The position numbers and the translations under genes are program-made. From the NCBI GenBank assembly GCA_023150935.1, contig JAKLJW010000012.1:22298-86297 (forward strand): a DNA stretch of 64,000 bases, given 5' to 3'. Positions 45,068 to 55,483 of this stretch are shown piece by piece. How positions within the stretch are numbered: position 1 is the stretch's first letter; every line of letters begins with the position of its first letter. The DNA is from Candidatus Binatia bacterium. GTDB taxonomy: Bacteria > Desulfobacterota > Binatia > HRBIN30. Under the pieces are notes generated by a model that saw nothing but the letters and a program-made list of their open reading frames with translations, made no database searches and was not told the origin of the DNA.

Positions 45068-47206
45068 ATGATGGGTTGGTCGCGTTTCCGCGCGGAAAGG
45101 CGGAGGAATCCTTTGGTGACTGACGTCAGCGCCGCGCTCGCGGTGGCGGCCGCCGTATTCGCCGTGGTCACGGTGTGGCGTGAGCCGGCGGGGCGGCGGA
45201 TCGAGCGTAGCTTCGTGCTCGGTCTGACCCTGGTGGCGTGGTGGACGGTGGCGACCGCGATCGTTGTTCGCGTTCCTTTCTGGACCGCGGCCGAACGTAT
45301 GTTCCTCGGCTTGCACTGCGCGGCGTCGGCCCCGTGGTGGTATCTCGCCGCGCGGTTGAGCGCCGGCGGCGCAGCGGGTGTCGTCGGCCCGTGGCGTACG
45401 GCGATCCTTTTGCAGGCGGCCGTCTCGTTGTTGGCGGCGGTCGCGGCTGGCGCGGCGGGGATCGACTGGGTGACCGGCATCGGCAGCGAGCCAACGGTAG
45501 TACTAAGTCGGCTCGGGACCGCGGCGGTCGGTGTCGGTGCCGTCCCCGCCGTAGTCGGGCTGGTTCTCGTTGGTCGAATGCTTGCCGGCGGGAGCGTCGG
45601 CCTGCCGGTACTGGCAGTCGGCGTAACCGCGGCCATGGCGGGGGTCCTGTGGGCATCCGTCGGCATGCTCTGGCGCGGGTACTTCACGATCGGGTGGCTG
45701 ATCTCGCCGGCGGTGGTGGTCAGCCTCGCGGCGGTGCTCTGGGCCGTCGGCCTCGTCTGGCCCGCCGCCCCGCGGCGGCCGGCGCCGTCGCGCCGCTTCG
45801 TGTTCGAGACGATTGCCGTCGCCGTGGTGCTCGTTTACCTGCTGGCGGCGCAATCGATAGTCGCGCTGGTCGCCCGGATCGCCGCCGGGGTTGCACCGGT
45901 GTTGCCGGTGATCGTTGCTGCCCTCGCGGTGGCCGCGTTCTTGTTGGCGGCAGGCTCGCAGCGCGTGCGCCATTATTTCCGGGGGGCCATCGGACGATAC
46001 CTGTTCCGCAGCAAGCACGATTACGGCGAGGTGTGGATTCATCTGACCGAAATGATCGCCAGAGCGAAGGGGCCGGGCGACCTCCTCCAGCGTGCCGCCC
46101 TGTTCTGCCGCGATCTGCTCTACGTCTCGGAGGCGAGTGTGTGGCTGGTCGGGCCTTCGGGCGCCGTCGCCCGGGCGACGACGACCCGGCCCGAATCCGG
46201 CCCCCCGGCGGAGATTGAGCCCAGACCCGTCGACGACGCCACCGCCGACGACCATGCCGTCGCGTTCGCGTGGGCCGCCGGGTGCGCCCTGGCGTCACCG
46301 CTCCGGCTCAACGGGCAAGTGCTGGGCTTTCTTGCCGTCGGGGTGCCCGGCGAAACCCGGCGCTTCGACGACGAAGATCGTCGGGTCCTACAATACATCG
46401 CTGCCCAGGTGGCCAGTGCCGTCGCCCTGTATCGTTCCGGCGAGGAGGTGGCCGAAGCGCGCGAGGTGGCCTCGTTTCACCGCCTCTCTGCCTTCATCAT
46501 TCACGATCTCAAGAACCTGGTCGCGCAGCAGTCCTTCGTCTTGCAGAACGCGTCGACGTATCGCCACGATCCCGCCTTTATGGCCGATGCCCTGGAGGCT
46601 TTCGACGACTCGACGAACCGCATGCGTGCCCTGATCGAGCGACTGCGCGCCCGCGGCGAGGCCGGTGCGGCGGTTCCCGCTGTGGTGGCACCGTGGGATC
46701 TCCTCGATCTGCTCGGAGAATTGCTGACCATGCCGCGCGTTGGGCGGCGTCCTGGTTGCCGGATCAGTCTGCTTCGACCCGAGCAGGGAGGACCGTGTCT
46801 GGTTACCGCCGATCGCAACAGCCTGGGACAGGTGTTCGAAAACCTGCTAATCAACGCCGTCGAGAGCCTGCCGGCGGAGGGGGGCGATCTTATCGTACGC
46901 ATCGCGAGAGACGGACCGCAGTGGCGCATCGCCGTCAGCGACACCGGCTGTGGCATTCCGGAAGCGTTTCGGCGCGAGCACATGTTCCGGCCGTTTCGCA
47001 CCACCAAGCCCGGAGGTCTCGGGATCGGCCTTTACCAGTGCCGATCGCTGGTCGACGCTGCCGGCGGCTCGATTACGGTGCGCAGCCGCGAAGGTTATGG
47101 TACCGAGGTAACAGTGTGTTTACCGGCGGCTCCGGGGCCAGCGACCGAATCCAACCCACATCAGAAGGACCAAGATGCCGAAACCCCGTCTGCTGATCGT
47201 CGATGA
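45068..47206 (+). CDS. prsK: PEP-CTERM-system sensor histidine kinase
   Basis: Roughly 300-aa polytopic N-terminal membrane domain, a GAF-like middle, and a HisKA/HATPase_c C-terminus (FIIHDLKNL; GGLGIGLY). Divergent from the EPS operon and followed by prsR with a 32-nt overlap. Confidence 0.8.
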   Translation: MMGWSRFRAERRRNPLVTDVSAALAVAAAVFAVVTVWREPAGRRIERSFVLGLTLVAWWTVATAIVVRVPFWTAAERMFLGLHCAASAPWWYLAARLSAGGAAGVVGPWRTAILLQAAVSLLAAVAAGAAGIDWVTGIGSEPTVVLSRLGTAAVGVGAVPAVVGLVLVGRMLAGGSVGLPVLAVGVTAAMAGVLWASVGMLWRGYFTIGWLISPAVVVSLAAVLWAVGLVWPAAPRRPAPSRRFVFETIAVAVVLVYLLAAQSIVALVARIAAGVAPVLPVIVAALAVAAFLLAAGSQRVRHYFRGAIGRYLFRSKHDYGEVWIHLTEMIARAKGPGDLLQRAALFCRDLLYVSEASVWLVGPSGAVARATTTRPESGPPAEIEPRPVDDATADDHAVAFAWAAGCALASPLRLNGQVLGFLAVGVPGETRRFDDEDRRVLQYIAAQVASAVALYRSGEEVAEAREVASFHRLSAFIIHDLKNLVAQQSFVLQNASTYRHDPAFMADALEAFDDSTNRMRALIERLRARGEAGAAVPAVVAPWDLLDLLGELLTMPRVGRRPGCRISLLRPEQGGPCLVTADRNSLGQVFENLLINAVESLPAEGGDLIVRIARDGPQWRIAVSDTGCGIPEAFRREHMFRPFRTTKPGGLGIGLYQCRSLVDAAGGSITVRSREGYGTEVTVCLPAAPGPATESNPHQKDQDAETPSADRR

Positions 47207-48545
47207 CCACGAACACATCCTGAAGCAGCTCGCCTGGGCGCTGAAGGAGGACTTCGATGTGCACACCGCCCTCAGTAAAGCCGAGGCGCTGGACAAATTG
47301 CGCGAGGTGCGCCCGAGTCTGCTGACAGTCGATCTGACGTTGTCTCCGTACGGAGGCCCGCGACGCGAGGGGTTCGACGTCCTGGCGGCGGCGTTACGCC
47401 TCGATGCGGCGATCAAGGCTATCGTGATCACCAGCGATCAGGATGAAGCGACGGCCATGGAAGCGGTCCGGCTCGGAGCGTTCGACTACTTTACCAAGCC
47501 ACTGCCGCTGGAGGAGCTGCAGGCCGCCCTGAAGCGCGCCGCCTATCGTTCCGATCTCGAACGCCGCGCACAGCGGGCAGCGGACGTGCCCGCGACGGTG
47601 GCGGGAATCGTGGGAGAGTCGGCGGCCATGGTGGAACTGTGTGGTCTGGTGCGGCGGGTGGCGCAAACCGACCTGACCGTGCTGATCCTCGGGGAAAGCG
47701 GGGTGGGTAAGGAACTCATCGCGCGCGCGGTGTGGTCGCTCGGCGGGCGCGGCGACAAGCCGTATGTGGTAGTGAACTGCGCGGCAATCCCCGAGACATT
47801 GCTCGAGAGCGAGCTCTTCGGGCACGAGAAAGGCTCGTTCACAGGGGCGCACGCGCAGAAGAAGGGCAAGCTGGAAGTCGCCGACACCGGCACGGTGTTC
47901 CTCGACGAGATCGGCGATCTGAGCCCCGGCCTGCAGGCGAAGTTGCTGCGCTTTCTGCAAGAGCGAACCGTCGAGCGGGTGGGGTCGACGCGGCCGATCA
48001 AGCTCGATGTGAGAGTGGTTGCGGCGACGAATCGCGACTTGCAGAGCGACGTGCAGGCGAAGGTGTTCCGCGAGGACCTGTACTACAGGCTCAAGGTCCT
48101 GCCGGTGCGCGTGCCGCCCCTGAGGGAGCGCGGCGACGATGTCATTCTGCTCGCCAACTACTTCCTCGACCGGGCCGCGGCCGATACCGGCGCCCCGCGC
48201 CGGCGGTTGAGTCGCGATGCCGAGACCGCGCTCATGCGCCACCACTGGCCGGGGAACGTGCGCGAGTTGGAGAACGTCATCCGTGCCGCGGCGGTAACGT
48301 GCACGCGCGAATCGATCGCCGCCCGGGACCTCGATCTCGGTCCCGAGGCCGCCGGGCCGACAGGTCTACGCGACGCGCGCGACCAGGTCGAACGTGCGAT
48401 GATCGAACGCGCCCTGCAGCGCAACCAGGGCGTTGTCAGTCACGCCGCCAAGGAACTCGAGATCAGCCGGGTGACGCTGTACGACCTGATGCAAAAGCAC
48501 GGCATCCGCGTGGGCGACGGTGGTCAGGGCAACGGAGAGAACTGA
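47175..48545 (+). CDS. prsR: PEP-CTERM-box response regulator; sigma-54-dependent Fis-family (NtrC-like) transcriptional activator
   Basis: Receiver domain (LLIVDDHEH...D54-like DLTL). AAA+ sigma-54 interaction domain (GESGVGKE, GAFTGA variant GSFTGA, ESELFGHEKG). C-terminal HTH. Confidence 0.85.
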   Translation: MPKPRLLIVDDHEHILKQLAWALKEDFDVHTALSKAEALDKLREVRPSLLTVDLTLSPYGGPRREGFDVLAAALRLDAAIKAIVITSDQDEATAMEAVRLGAFDYFTKPLPLEELQAALKRAAYRSDLERRAQRAADVPATVAGIVGESAAMVELCGLVRRVAQTDLTVLILGESGVGKELIARAVWSLGGRGDKPYVVVNCAAIPETLLESELFGHEKGSFTGAHAQKKGKLEVADTGTVFLDEIGDLSPGLQAKLLRFLQERTVERVGSTRPIKLDVRVVAATNRDLQSDVQAKVFREDLYYRLKVLPVRVPPLRERGDDVILLANYFLDRAAADTGAPRRRLSRDAETALMRHHWPGNVRELENVIRAAAVTCTRESIAARDLDLGPEAAGPTGLRDARDQVERAMIERALQRNQGVVSHAAKELEISRVTLYDLMQKHGIRVGDGGQGNGEN

Positions 48546-48587
48546 ATCCAACGATTGACGCGCGCCGCTCGCAAAGCAGAGATGACC

Positions 48588-48616
48588 AAGGGCCGCTTCT
48601 GCAAGAAGCGGCCCTT
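48588..48616. terminator. Bidirectional intrinsic terminator hairpin (AAGGGCCGCTTCT-GCA-AGAAGCGGCCCTT) between convergent prsR and the PEP-CTERM gene
   Basis: Perfect 13-bp stem with a 3-nt loop. U-rich flank on the minus-strand side. Confidence 0.7.
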
Positions 48617-48669
48617 CGTCGTTGAGCGCAAGCTGACCGTTGATCGGGCGACGGCCTCTCGGTGCGGAT

Positions 48670-49314
48670 CTATCTCTTAATCCGGCGCTTCAGATACAGA
48701 GCGGAAAGGCCAATGCCAAGCAACGACAACGTCGCCGGCTCGGGGATCGCAGCCGACTGTGTCGCGCTCCAGTTAAACGCCGCACCTGTTTGGTTCGCCG
48801 TGAAATCCCACTGGCCCGGGGTGTCATCGCGGCCCGTCATCTTCGCGAAGCCGAACCCCTGCAGCACGATCGAATTCGCCGTCTGGGACACCAGGGTGAC
48901 AGTCGTAAGATCCAGACTCCAGGTTGTCGCTCCACTCGTCAGCGTCCAGAAGGTCGCGATTGGCGCGAGTGGAAAACTTGCGGAGCCGGGCCCAGCAAAC
49001 GCGAAGTCCTTGATCGTGCCGGCCGCGAAGTCGGGCATGCCCGTATAATCGCCCACCTGGGAACCGGCGCTGACGAAGAACGATCCCGTACCCCCCAGGA
49101 AGGGCGGTCGAAAGTCGATGGCGGTGGCCGTCGATGTGGTGGCCGGCAACGCGGTTGCGCCGTCATACGGACGCCACAGTCCGGTCATACCGAAGGCCCC
49201 GTTGATGAAGGGCAATGCCTGGGCGGCCGGAGCCCATAACACAAAGCCAAGCACGACCAGCATGGATACCGCGCCCGTTAGAAAACCGGATTTGCCACGC
49301 TCGCTTCTCATCAT
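48670..49314 (-). CDS. PEP-CTERM sorting-domain protein (putative exosortase substrate), secreted
   Basis: Signal peptide MMRSERGKSGFLTGAVSMLVVLGFVLWAPAAQA. The C-terminus IPEPATLSLLGIGLSALYLKRRIKR has the PEP motif, a TM helix and a basic tail. A strong SD (GGAGG, 8-nt spacer) precedes the ATG at 49314. Confidence 0.85.
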   Translation of the reverse strand: MMRSERGKSGFLTGAVSMLVVLGFVLWAPAAQALPFINGAFGMTGLWRPYDGATALPATTSTATAIDFRPPFLGGTGSFFVSAGSQVGDYTGMPDFAAGTIKDFAFAGPGSASFPLAPIATFWTLTSGATTWSLDLTTVTLVSQTANSIVLQGFGFAKMTGRDDTPGQWDFTANQTGAAFNWSATQSAAIPEPATLSLLGIGLSALYLKRRIKR

Positions 49315-49395
49315 CTCAGTCCCCTCCTCGGTCATATCCGACCGATCACGACTATATTATGGGTCCGTCCGAGACGGCCTACGTGTTTGGGGAAA

Positions 49396-49412
49396 AGCAA
49401 AGGACGTGCCTA
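49396..49412 (-). promoter_or_regulatory. Sigma-54 (-24/-12) promoter for the PEP-CTERM protein gene
   Basis: The minus-strand sequence AGGCACGTCCTTTGCT matches TGGCACG-N4-TTGCW in 11 of 12 core positions. It lies about 80 nt upstream of the start, adjacent to the NtrC-like prsR gene. Confidence 0.65.
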
Positions 49413-49823
49413 CAGCGGATTGCGACGCGCCGGCAGGACTAGTGAGGTGCAACCGGGTGCACGCCCCGGTGGATCGTAAGGGAGCGCGACACGACGGGCC
49501 GATACAGGCCGATTACGGTCAATTGATTCAGCCTTGTTTCCAATGGGTTGCACTTGGTGATTCCGCCGCGTTCCGGGTGTAAGGAAATCCGACACGGGGC
49601 GCGGGCCGAAGGGCCCGAATTCATGAGTCCGGGGACGTTTACAGACTCGGAATGGCCGGGTTCCCAGCGCCCGACTCCGTTTCAGGAACTGAGGATCCCG
49701 GGGGCTTGAGGTTTACAGCGGGCCGGCATATGTGGCGCGCATCGCTGCTGGGTGGGCCGGGTGACGCTGCCCCTCAACCGGCACCCTGGCCCGCACACCG
49801 GCCTGCCCCGACGGAGAACGCTC

Positions 49824-50459
49824 ATGCCGACCGAATCCGCCTCCCGCGCCCTGCAGATGCTTCGCGACGGCAGTCAGTTCGAATGGCACGTCATTCCGCT
49901 CCTGCTCCTCGTCCTGTACGTCTATGCCAACGAAATCGAGCACCGGAACTGGAACGTCGTCTTTGCCGGCCTCGCGCTCTGGGGCATGGACTGGTTCAAC
50001 GAGATCTGGAACGGCCTGGTCTTCTACTTCACCGGCTACGCCCCGGCCTGGGGCGCGCCGGCCGGTACGGCTTACCTCATCCTCGTCGGGCTGAACATCG
50101 AGATCTCGTTGATGTTCGCCATCATGGGCGTCGTGGTTGCGAAGACGCTGCCGAAGGACAGGGCGGTGAGGATTCTCGGCGTGCCGAACCGCTGGTTCGT
50201 GGCGGTTGCCGCCTCCGTATTCTGCGTCCTCATCGAGGTTCTGCTGAACGCCATCAACGCGCTGACCTGGGACTACTGGTGGTGGAACGTCCGCATGCCG
50301 TGGCTGATCTTCCTGTTCGGATATCTGACGTTCTTCATCGTCGCGTTCTGGGTCCACGATCTGCCGACGATCCGGCAGAAAGCGCTGGCGGTCGGTGCGA
50401 TCTACGCCTTCGACCTGGCGTGCTTGATTCTCTTCATGGGCGTGCTGGGGTGGATTTGA
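49824..50459 (+). CDS. Hypothetical integral membrane protein (Trp-rich, 5-6 TM)
   Basis: MPTESASRALQMLRDGSQFEWHVIPLLLLVLYVYANE... is hydrophobic throughout. Divergent from the PEP-CTERM gene. Too short to be, and lacking the signatures of, an exosortase. Confidence 0.6.
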   Translation: MPTESASRALQMLRDGSQFEWHVIPLLLLVLYVYANEIEHRNWNVVFAGLALWGMDWFNEIWNGLVFYFTGYAPAWGAPAGTAYLILVGLNIEISLMFAIMGVVVAKTLPKDRAVRILGVPNRWFVAVAASVFCVLIEVLLNAINALTWDYWWWNVRMPWLIFLFGYLTFFIVAFWVHDLPTIRQKALAVGAIYAFDLACLILFMGVLGWI

Positions 50460-50711
50460 GGTCTGCTACCCGCTGCCTCATCCAATGACCTCGCCCCGGG
50501 CGAGCCGCTGCAGGAACTGCCGCAGCGGCAGGACCTCGATCTGTCCATCCTGGAGCGCCTCGCGGCCCAGGTAGACGCCGAACGCCCGCCGTATTTGCCT
50601 GGCCTGCCGTAGTGGTTGGGGAGCGCCACAGGGCTGCGGCAAAGTCGTTGACGGAGGGTGTACACCAAGCGTGCCCCTCGATACACGGCCCAAGAAGACG
50701 GGCCGTTACTC

Positions 50712-50895
50712 GGGGCGAACGGTTATGTGGTCTCGCTGAAGCCGAAAGACCCGTTTCGGGGCGAACGGTTATGTGGTCTCGCTGAAGCCGAAAGACCCGT
50801 TTCGGGGCGAACGGTTATGTGGTCTTGCTGAAGCCGAAAGACCCGTTTCGGGGCGAACGGTTATGTGGTCTTGCTGAAGCCGAAAGACCCGTTCG
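50712..50895. repeat. Four tandem copies of a 46-bp unit (GGGGCGAACGGTTATGTGGTCT[C/T]GCTGAAGCCGAAAGACCCGTTTC), each containing a CCGAAAGACCCGTTTCGG hairpin
   Basis: Direct reading. Copies 1-2 differ from copies 3-4 by one SNP. There are no intervening unique spacers. It lies between convergent gene ends. Confidence 0.85.
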
Positions 50896-51050
50896 AGCCG
50901 AGTAGCCGCCCTCTTCTGGCGGCGTATCGAGGCTCTGTCGGCGACCCTGGGAAGCGTCAGCTCGCGTGTATACATCGCCAGCAGAATAGCGGTAAAAATG
51001 CTGGCGGTCTATGCACGAGTGACGGGCGGTGCGCCCGCGGGCGCGGCCCT

Positions 51051-51329
51051 TCACTCGGTCGAAGCCAGCTTTTCGGGTAACTGTTCGTCCAGCGCGAGCT
51101 CGCCGTCCGATTGCCGGCGGATCATCGACGCCACGTAATCGTACCGGCGCCAGTAGACCACTCGTTCGACGGCGTCGGCGGGGTCGCGCAACGGGTGTTT
51201 GTAGACCCATTTCTCGTTGAAGCGGTACCCGTGCTCTTCGCGTTCCCGCGGTTCGTTGACACTGCCTTCGGTGACGTCGGGCGTCCCGAAGTGCTTGACG
51301 ACGCGATTACGATGGATCGAACCCGGCAT
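51051..51329 (-). CDS. Small hypothetical protein (92 aa)
   Basis: MPGSIHRNRVVKHFGTPDVTEGSVNEPREREEHGYRFNEKWVYKHPL... has reasonable codon usage. The 26 aa upstream of the ATG are not required. Sits immediately downstream of nuoEF. Confidence 0.45.
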   Translation of the reverse strand: MPGSIHRNRVVKHFGTPDVTEGSVNEPREREEHGYRFNEKWVYKHPLRDPADAVERVVYWRRYDYVASMIRRQSDGELALDEQLPEKLASTE

Positions 51330-51354
51330 GGTCGTACCTTCCGCGCGTCCCGGT

Positions 51355-53194
51355 TCAGATCGCGAAGCTGTCGGGCCACGGGCAGCGGCCTTCGTGAACA
51401 TGTCGCTCGAAGTCGGCGCGGAAACGGCGCATGAAATTGCCGGCCGCCCACGCCGCCGCGTCGGACAGGGCGCAGATCGTGTGCCCCTCCATGTACCCGC
51501 ACACGCGGTCGATCGAGGCGAGGTCTTCCATGCGTCCGTCGCCGTGATCGATGCGCTTCAGCAGCTTATAGATGAAGGCCGTTCCCTCGCGGCACTGCGT
51601 GCACTGGCCGCAGGTCTCGTGGCGAAAGAATCGTGCGATGACGATGGCGGCGCGCACTACACAGACCGAATCGTCGAGGACCACGATGCCGCCGGTACCG
51701 AGCAGAGAGCCGGCCTTCTGCAGCGAGTCGTGATCCATGCGAACGTCGATCTTGTCTGCCGTCAGCACGGGCATCGACACGCCGCCGGGAACGATTGCCT
51801 TGATCGGCCGCCCGGTCGATACGCCGCCGGCGTGCTTTTCGATAATGTCTCGTAACGGCGTACCGAGCGGGAGCTCGTAAACTCCCGGTCGCTTCACATG
51901 GCCGCTGATGCCGAACAGGGTGTTGCCGGTGCTCTTGTCTGTCCCGATGCGTTTGAACCAGTCGGCGCCGCGGGCGAGGATGACCGGGACGTGGGTCATC
52001 GTCTCGACGTTGTTGACCGTCGTGGGCGAGCCCCACAGTCCAGAGCCGGCCGGATACGGCGGGCGCTTGCGCGGCTGGCCCTTCTTCCCCTCGATGGATT
52101 CGAGCATGCCGGTCTCTTCGCCGCAGATGTAGGCGCCGGCACCGCGTTGCACGTACACGTGGAAGCTGTGGCCGCTGCCGAACACGTCGGTGCCGAAGTA
52201 GCCCCGGGCGTACGCGGCCGTGATCGCCTCCATTAGTGATTCGTACGGCTGCGTGTATTCGCCCCGCAGGTACACGTAGGCGGCGCTGCCGCGAATGGCG
52301 CGGCCGGCGATCAGCACACCTTCGAGGAACTGATGCGGGTTGCGCTGCAGGATCTGCCGGTCCTTAAACGTTGCCGGCTCGCTTTCGTCGCCGTTGACGG
52401 CCAGGTAACAAGGCTTGGCCGACTCCTTCGGCATGAAAGTCCACTTCAACCCGGTGACGAAGCCGGCGCCGCCCCGGCCGCGCAGGCCCGACAGCTTGAC
52501 CTCCTCCGCGATCTCTTCCGGGGTCAGGTCGCGCCACGCGCGTTCCGCCTGTTTGTAGCCTCCTGCGGCCACGTACGCGGCAAGGTCGCGGCGGGCGACG
52601 CCGTTCGGAGGCAGCAGGTAGCCCTCGACACCCTCGGGAATCATCGATACTTCCGGCGCCGGCCGTCCGATCGGCTTTCCGGCGAGCAGCGCGTCGATGT
52701 CGGCGCCGGTCGCACGTTCGACGAACGGTTCGTTGTTGACCTGAACCACCGGTGCGGTGCCGCACGACCCGAGGCACTCCACCTCCTGGAGCGAGAATTT
52801 GCCGTCCGCGGTGGTCTCGCCGGCCTGGATGTTCAGCGCCGATTCGATCTGCCGGACCAGCTTACGCGAGCCGCCCATGGCGCAGGCGATATTGGTGCAG
52901 ACCTGAATGTGGGACCGGCCCCGGGGGCGGTCGTGGTACATCGGGTAGAAGGACACCACCTCCTGCACGTGTACCGGCAGCAGGTCGAGCAGCTCGGCGA
53001 TTTCCTCGACGGCGGCGCTCGGCACGTGTCCCAGTTCCGCCTGCGCGAGGTGCAGGGCGGCGAGCAGGGCGGCGCGCGGTTGCGGGTAGTTCTGCCGCTC
53101 CATGAGGATGCGGGCCCGGGTGTCGGCCGAGAGGACGTAGGTCTTCCCGCCGGTTGACCCGTCGTCGACCGCGACCGGCTTTGCGGCGGGGTGC

Positions 53195-53205
<11 letters not shown>
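51355..53205 (-). CDS. nuoEF: NADH-quinone oxidoreductase subunits E and F fused (NuoE 2Fe-2S thioredoxin-like domain plus NuoF FMN/NADH-binding 4Fe-4S subunit)
   Basis: The N-terminal 170 aa resemble NuoE (PRAALLAALHLAQ...CLGSCGTAPVVQVN). The rest is NuoF (GRGGAGFVTGLKW..., ETCGQCTQCREG). Putative GTG start at 53205 overlaps the nuoCD stop. Confidence 0.85.
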
Positions 53206-54907
<1,702 letters not shown>

Positions 54908-54937
54908 TGTCGTCAGCTCCTCACGGTCCCGAACGGG

Positions 54938-55483
54938 TCACTGGTCATAACTGCGTCTGATGTGCCCGAAGCGCGTCTCGCGCAATCGGTCGGCCGGCAC
55001 GAGGAGGTCGCGCTTGTGCCAGAGGGTGCCCCGGCGCGAGTAAGCGCCGATCTCGACATTCTGACTCATGACGATCGCTTCCTCGGGACAGGCCTCTTCG
55101 CACAGACCGCAGAACATGCAGCGCGACATGTCGATATCGAACACGCGCGGATGGCGCTCGATCTCGTCCTCGGTTTCGGCGGGGTAGATGGTGATGCAGT
55201 CGGTCGGGCAGGCCCACTCGCACAGCCCGCAGGCGACACAACGTTCCTTGCCGTTGTCCATCTCCACGAGCACTGGCATACCGCGGAACGCGTGCGGGTG
55301 GATCAGCCTTTGCTCCGGGAATTGCACCGTGAAGACGGTCGGCCGGCGGCGGATGAAGCCCCACAGATTCCTCAGGAAGTGCCGATGTACGACGATCAGG
55401 CCCGCGAAGATGGCCCAGAAGCTGCGGATGACGGTCTGCCGCAGCGGGCGCGGACGGGTAACGGTGACGGTGCGGGTTGCCAT
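54938..55483 (-). CDS. nuoI: NADH-quinone oxidoreductase subunit I (2x[4Fe-4S] ferredoxin)
   Basis: CVACGLCEWACP and CMFCGLCEEACP motifs. ATG at 55483 with ATGA overlap to the nuoG stop. The remainder of ORF 54938..56320 is an Arg-rich out-of-context frame. Confidence 0.85.
   Translation of the reverse strand: MATRTVTVTRPRPLRQTVIRSFWAIFAGLIVVHRHFLRNLWGFIRRRPTVFTVQFPEQRLIHPHAFRGMPVLVEMDNGKERCVACGLCEWACPTDCITIYPAETEDEIERHPRVFDIDMSRCMFCGLCEEACPEEAIVMSQNVEIGAYSRRGTLWHKRDLLVPADRLRETRFGHIRRSYDQ

Noticed and set aside
49824-50459. Exosortase (XrtA) assignment for the membrane protein divergent from the PEP-CTERM gene
   Set aside because: At 211 aa it is too short. It lacks the conserved exosortase Cys/Arg/Asn motif arrangement and the EpsI-like C-terminal domain.
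50478-50693. 71-aa minus-strand ORF in the gap after the membrane protein
   Set aside because: No RBS or start context, Arg-rich composition, and it overlaps nothing conserved. Likely a chance ORF.
50712-50895. CRISPR array
   Set aside because: The 46-bp units are directly abutting with no unique spacers, and there are only 4 copies. There are no cas genes nearby. It is a plain tandem repeat.
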